This document shows positions 25,012 through 28,155 of a stretch of DNA of 28,155 nt, piece after piece (positions within the stretch are counted from its first letter, which is position 1; each line of letters opens with the position of its first letter). Source of the DNA: a virus (taxonomy: Duplodnaviria; Caudoviricetes); IMG/VR virus record IMGVR_UViG_3300046720_000003, positions 1-28,155 of that record; one strand, given 5' to 3'. The position numbers and the translations under genes are program-made. The notes beneath the pieces were generated by a model. It made no database searches and was not told the DNA's origin. It was given only the letters and a program-made list of their open reading frames with translations.

Positions 25012-25814
25012 TAGTAGCGCTGCCGGAAGCCGTACTTCGCCAACTCGGCCGCGACCTCTTCCTTCGGGGCCGTGCGGAAGTCGGTCGCTGGCGTCGGTGG
25101 ACGTGCACCCTGACCCGGGTCGGGCTTGATGCGGGGCTTCGGCTCAGGGGTCGGGGCAGCCGGTTCGGGCCTGCCCCAGTGCGGCTTGCGGTCCAGCAGG
25201 TCGTCGAGGGCCGTCTGGATGGCGTCGGTGTCGATGTCGCCGTTGTCCAGGACGTACTGCGACGGATCGCGCATCAGACTCTCCGCCGCGTCCATCGGGT
25301 CGGCGAACTTGCCCGTGGACAGCGCCTTCACCTCGGCCTGTACTGCGCGGGCAGTCGCCTTCGCGGCCTGGTCGGCGAGACGCTCGGCCTTAGCTGTGGC
25401 CTTCTCCAGCTCCGACTTCTTCTCGTCCTCGAACTCGGCGACCTTGCGGGCCAGATCATCGGCGCGCTTCCTTGCTTCGGCGGCATCCTTGCGAGCCTGC
25501 CGAGTCTGGACGGCGTCTGACTTGGTGTCGCGGAGCTCGTTCAGCTCCTGCTTGGCCGCCTTGAGTTGTTCCTTCATCCGATCGAGGGCCTTCTTGCCCG
25601 CGTCGCCGAGCTGGTCGACACCCTCCGGGTCCGGCTCAGGGTCTGGGCCGCTGGGGGGTGGATCGGTCGCCGGATCTTGCGGGTCGGGGTCTCCCTTGGG
25701 GTCTGCGGGATTCGGGTCGTCCGGGTCTGCAGGATCGGGGTCGTCGTGTCGGTTCAGCTGGAACCAGTCCGCGCCCTGGGCAGCAGAAAGCCAGCTAATA
25801 CGGGTACTGCGCAT
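25011..25814 (-). CDS. Capsid scaffolding protein (267 aa)
   Basis: ATG at 25814 with GGGAG RBS; D/P-rich N-terminus, LGDAGKKAL, coiled coil, KPH, PDPGQGAR. Confidence 0.88.
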   Translation of the reverse strand: MRSTRISWLSAAQGADWFQLNRHDDPDPADPDDPNPADPKGDPDPQDPATDPPPSGPDPEPDPEGVDQLGDAGKKALDRMKEQLKAAKQELNELRDTKSDAVQTRQARKDAAEARKRADDLARKVAEFEDEKKSELEKATAKAERLADQAAKATARAVQAEVKALSTGKFADPMDAAESLMRDPSQYVLDNGDIDTDAIQTALDDLLDRKPHWGRPEPAAPTPEPKPRIKPDPGQGARPPTPATDFRTAPKEEVAAELAKYGFRQRY

Positions 25815-25825
25815 GGTGATGTATC

Positions 25826-25864
25826 TCCCGTTGCGGGATTGGTCTCGCACCATTGCGGTGCAAG
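25826..25864 (-). promoter_or_regulatory. Twin RNA hairpins with CC-GCAAY-GG tops over the scaffold RBS
   Basis: CUUGCACC-GCAAU-GGUGCGAG and UCCC-GCAAC-GGGA; the second contains the SD. Confidence 0.5.
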
Positions 25865-25874
25865 AGGTATGTGG

Positions 25875-26132
25875 TCAGCGGGCCCTTGGCGGTTGCCCGG
25901 TCCCGGGGTAGACATCGCCGCTCAGAATCGCGGCACGTCGGGCGGCAGCCTGGCTCTGCTCGGCGGGACTGGTTGCCTTGAGGCGCAGTAGCTCCTCGAT
26001 CAGTTCCGTCTTCTCGCGCTCGGTCCGCTGGCAGCGCCTCTGCCACTGCCGAGCGCGGGCCTTCCAGTACTCGATCGTCCCCGCCGCAATACCAGGACCG
26101 ATCTCGTCCAACTGATCCCCAGTAGGTGCCAT
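25875..26132 (-). CDS. Hypothetical coiled-coil protein (85 aa)
   Basis: GAGGAG RBS; fills the gap between the minor head and scaffold genes. Confidence 0.65.
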   Translation of the reverse strand: MAPTGDQLDEIGPGIAAGTIEYWKARARQWQRRCQRTEREKTELIEELLRLKATSPAEQSQAAARRAAILSGDVYPGTGQPPRAR

Positions 26133-26141
26133 TACGGCTCC

Positions 26142-27201
26142 TCAGTAGACGTATTCGTAGCGCCTGAGCATGGCGATGGCCTCATCGCGGGATCCGGCGA
26201 GCCGATAGATCTCCTCCGGCAGGAGCCGTGGGGTGCGTAGCTCGAACTTAGGCAGCCCGCGGCGGGCCTCGATCCGGTCGCGGGCGAACCGAATACCGGT
26301 CCGCTGCTCGGTCCGGGCACGTTCGGCCCGGTAGAAGGACCCGCGCCGCGTGGCACCCTCAAACGTCGCCCTCGGGCTGCGACCGTAGGCATCGGCGGTA
26401 TACATGCCGCGGCGGGCATTGACGACGGAGTTCATGTCCGCGCCGTCACGGATAGCTCGCGCGCCGGCCCCCGTGAACACCCGGTCCTGCTCGGCCCGCG
26501 ACAGGCCCTTGAAGTAAGCCTCCGGATCGAACGCACCCGGGGCGTGGCGGTTGCGAGCAATGAGTTTCGCGGGCATATGCACGCAGTCGCAACGTTAATA
26601 ATCGAGGGTGGCGCTGGAAGCCAGCATTCCACCCGTACTCCTTCCCTGCGAGGATGATGCACCTCGCGCACGCGGGCGGGTTAACGACCCGGATGTAGCC
26701 GTTGATCGTTCGGTTTCCCGCGATCGACGCCCCGGTAGCTGCCCGCCCCGCATCTGTGACCTCAGATGCGGCCATCCGCAGCAGTTGGCGCAGGCCAGTC
26801 ATCATCGCGTCGACCTCATTCGCGCCGGCCGCGATAGCTGTCTTCGACGTGACGACCGGCAGATACAGCAGGCTGTCCAGCGAACGGCCGTCAGCGGCAC
26901 GGCCTGCAAAAGCCTCAGGGCGGATTCGACCTGACGGGTCAGAGCGCAGCCCGCCCGCCGCGATGACGGACTCCACGTAGGCATCGGCCGCCGCCGCCGT
27001 AGCCAACTGCCCGGCCACGACCGCCTGCACGACCTGCGGGCCGACGAAGGTGCCCCACGAACGGCTCAAGTCCCGGCGGTCGATCTCCCGCCACAACTGC
27101 TGCGCCCGGTCCGCGACCCGCCGCGCATGCGTCTGCTGCGCCACGTAGAAGGCGTTCGCCAGTTCCTCGGCCGACAGATCCCGCACCGCACCGGTGGCCA
27201 C
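26142..27201 (-). CDS. MuF/VG15-like minor head protein, split by a 10-nt coding gap (349 aa if bypassed)
   Basis: GYIRV...ACARCIILAG...FQRHPR then, 10 nt later and in another frame, CDCVHMP...RTPRLLPEEIY. Confidence 0.85.
26592..26604 (-). other. Candidate translational bypass site CGA-UUA-UUA-A-CGU
   Basis: Arg take-off and landing codons flanking two in-frame UUA codons; skipping 10 nt restores HPRCDC. Confidence 0.75.
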
Positions 27202-27202
27202 C

Positions 27203-28155
27203 TCAGGTCACCGGCACAGGTTCGGGCTCGGCATCAGGCCGGACAGGATCCGGTGGCGGCTTGGGCCCTGCCTCCAGTGCGGACAGGTCGCCAGCCATGA
27301 TGCGCTGCATCGCGTCCTGCGCAGCGGACTCGTCCTCCTCCTCCATGCGCTGGATCTGCGCCTGCGTGTAGCCCATGTCCTCGCGGGTCTGCCGCTTCGG
27401 GACGATCCCCTCCGCGTGCAGCTTCACGGCGGCGTCGGCTCGCTGCGCGACCGTCGGCGTCGCCGCGTCCCGCCACAGCGTCTCCAGGCTGCGAGCCGCC
27501 GGATCCCAAACACCGTCCCGGACCCGCAACACCAACCGCATGACCCGCTCCCACGAGCCACCCCAAGCCCGCTGCTTACGCTCCGCGCGCTTCACCAACC
27601 GCGTCTCACTGGAGCGGATCGCATCAGCAGAAGCCGGGTTCTGGGTGCTATAGCCGAGGAACTGCGGCGGCAGACCAGACAGGCTGGAGACCAACTGCGC
27701 GAGCTGGTTCAACGTCTGATGGAAGTTGTTGAGGGACGCCTCGGGGAACTGCTTGACCTCCGCACCCTCCTGCGTGGTCCGCTCCGTCGCCCACATCCGG
27801 CCGATGATCCGACTGAACGCCGACACCCGGCGGCCCTCCGAATCAACAAAATCATCCTCGCCGAAACCGAACGCCACCCGGCGCGGCGTCGCGTGGTACT
27901 CGGCGCTGACCATCATGTCCGTGGCGATCTTGCAGGCCGCATCGGACAACGGGATCACATCCTGGAGTTCCGACACGCCACCCGGGCACTTCAGGCGCGG
28001 CCGGTTCGGCAACACCTCAACGAGAACCGCACCCACCCCGTGGTCATCCCGCTCATGCTCCGGATCGACCAACCAGTGGCCGGACGCATCCTTCACCCAC
28101 CACACCGTGGCAAACGGCAAGTACAACGTCGCGTGATCCGTCTTCCGGCCCTCGT
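27203..28155 (-). CDS. Portal protein (SPP1 Gp6-like), 5'-truncated
   Basis: Open to the window edge; PNRPRL..GVSEL, EYHATPRR, NPASADAIRSSE.RLVKRAERKQ, LWRDAATPT. Confidence 0.92.
   Translation of the reverse strand, partial: EGRKTDHATLYLPFATVWWVKDASGHWLVDPEHERDDHGVGAVLVEVLPNRPRLKCPGGVSELQDVIPLSDAACKIATDMMVSAEYHATPRRVAFGFGEDDFVDSEGRRVSAFSRIIGRMWATERTTQEGAEVKQFPEASLNNFHQTLNQLAQLVSSLSGLPPQFLGYSTQNPASADAIRSSETRLVKRAERKQRAWGGSWERVMRLVLRVRDGVWDPAARSLETLWRDAATPTVAQRADAAVKLHAEGIVPKRQTREDMGYTQAQIQRMEEEDESAAQDAMQRIMAGDLSALEAGPKPPPDPVRPDAEPEPVPVT

Larger units (their letters stand above)
1..28155 (-). mobile_element. Prophage (siphovirus) late/structural region plus accessory arm; no boundary visible, and it extends past the right edge
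   Basis: Canonical order portal-head-neck-tail-TMP-tail tip-lysis on the minus strand (8178-28155) with tightly coupled genes. Inclusion of the left accessory region is inferred from its phage-type small genes; no att site seen. Confidence 0.9.

Noticed and set aside
25620-25745. Short repeats in the scaffold 5' region
   Set aside because: Low-complexity Asp/Pro coding sequence, not a CRISPR array or DNA repeat element.
26142-26582. Independent 146-aa gene starting MHMPAK
   Set aside because: It starts within the CDCVH motif without an RBS and is the 3' half of the minor head gene.
26592-26601. Intron, intein or transposon footprint as the cause of the 10-nt insert (CG-ATTATTAA-CG)
   Set aside because: Too short for an intron or intein and no transposase is present in the window. 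In-frame tandem TTA with matched Arg codons fits bypassing better, although a footprint or sequencing error is not formally excluded.
1-28155. tRNA, rRNA, CRISPR array, att site, terminase
   Set aside because: None recognisable in the window; the terminase is expected beyond the right edge.

Overview
High-GC actinomycete DNA, most likely Streptomyces, carrying the late half of a siphovirus prophage on the minus strand. From right to left it encodes a partial portal, a MuF/VG15-like minor head protein, scaffold, a miniature Prp-type cysteine protease, an N4-gp56-like major capsid, neck and tail genes, a tail chaperone with a -1 frameshift, tape measure, tail-tip proteins and a lysis cassette. 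Left of that is an accessory region with two promoter+operator+cargo+HTH cassettes, a Cre-like tyrosine recombinase, and an HTH-TPR regulator/GNAT module. Main signals: (1) the minor head gene is interrupted inside its HPRCDC motif by a 10-nt gap, CGA-[UUA UUA A CGU]-UGC, which fits bldA/UUA-controlled translational bypassing; (2) a phage-encoded 62-aa mini-Prp lies between scaffold and capsid, and both neighbours carry the same N-terminal W-F-x-L-[ND]-R-H-D motif, a candidate new cleavage signal; (3) there are candidate counter-defence genes (acr-aca-like cassettes, an Acb2/Tad1-like protein) and an unannotated 19-aa type-I-toxin-like peptide. All family calls come from motif recognition and synteny only; no searches were run.
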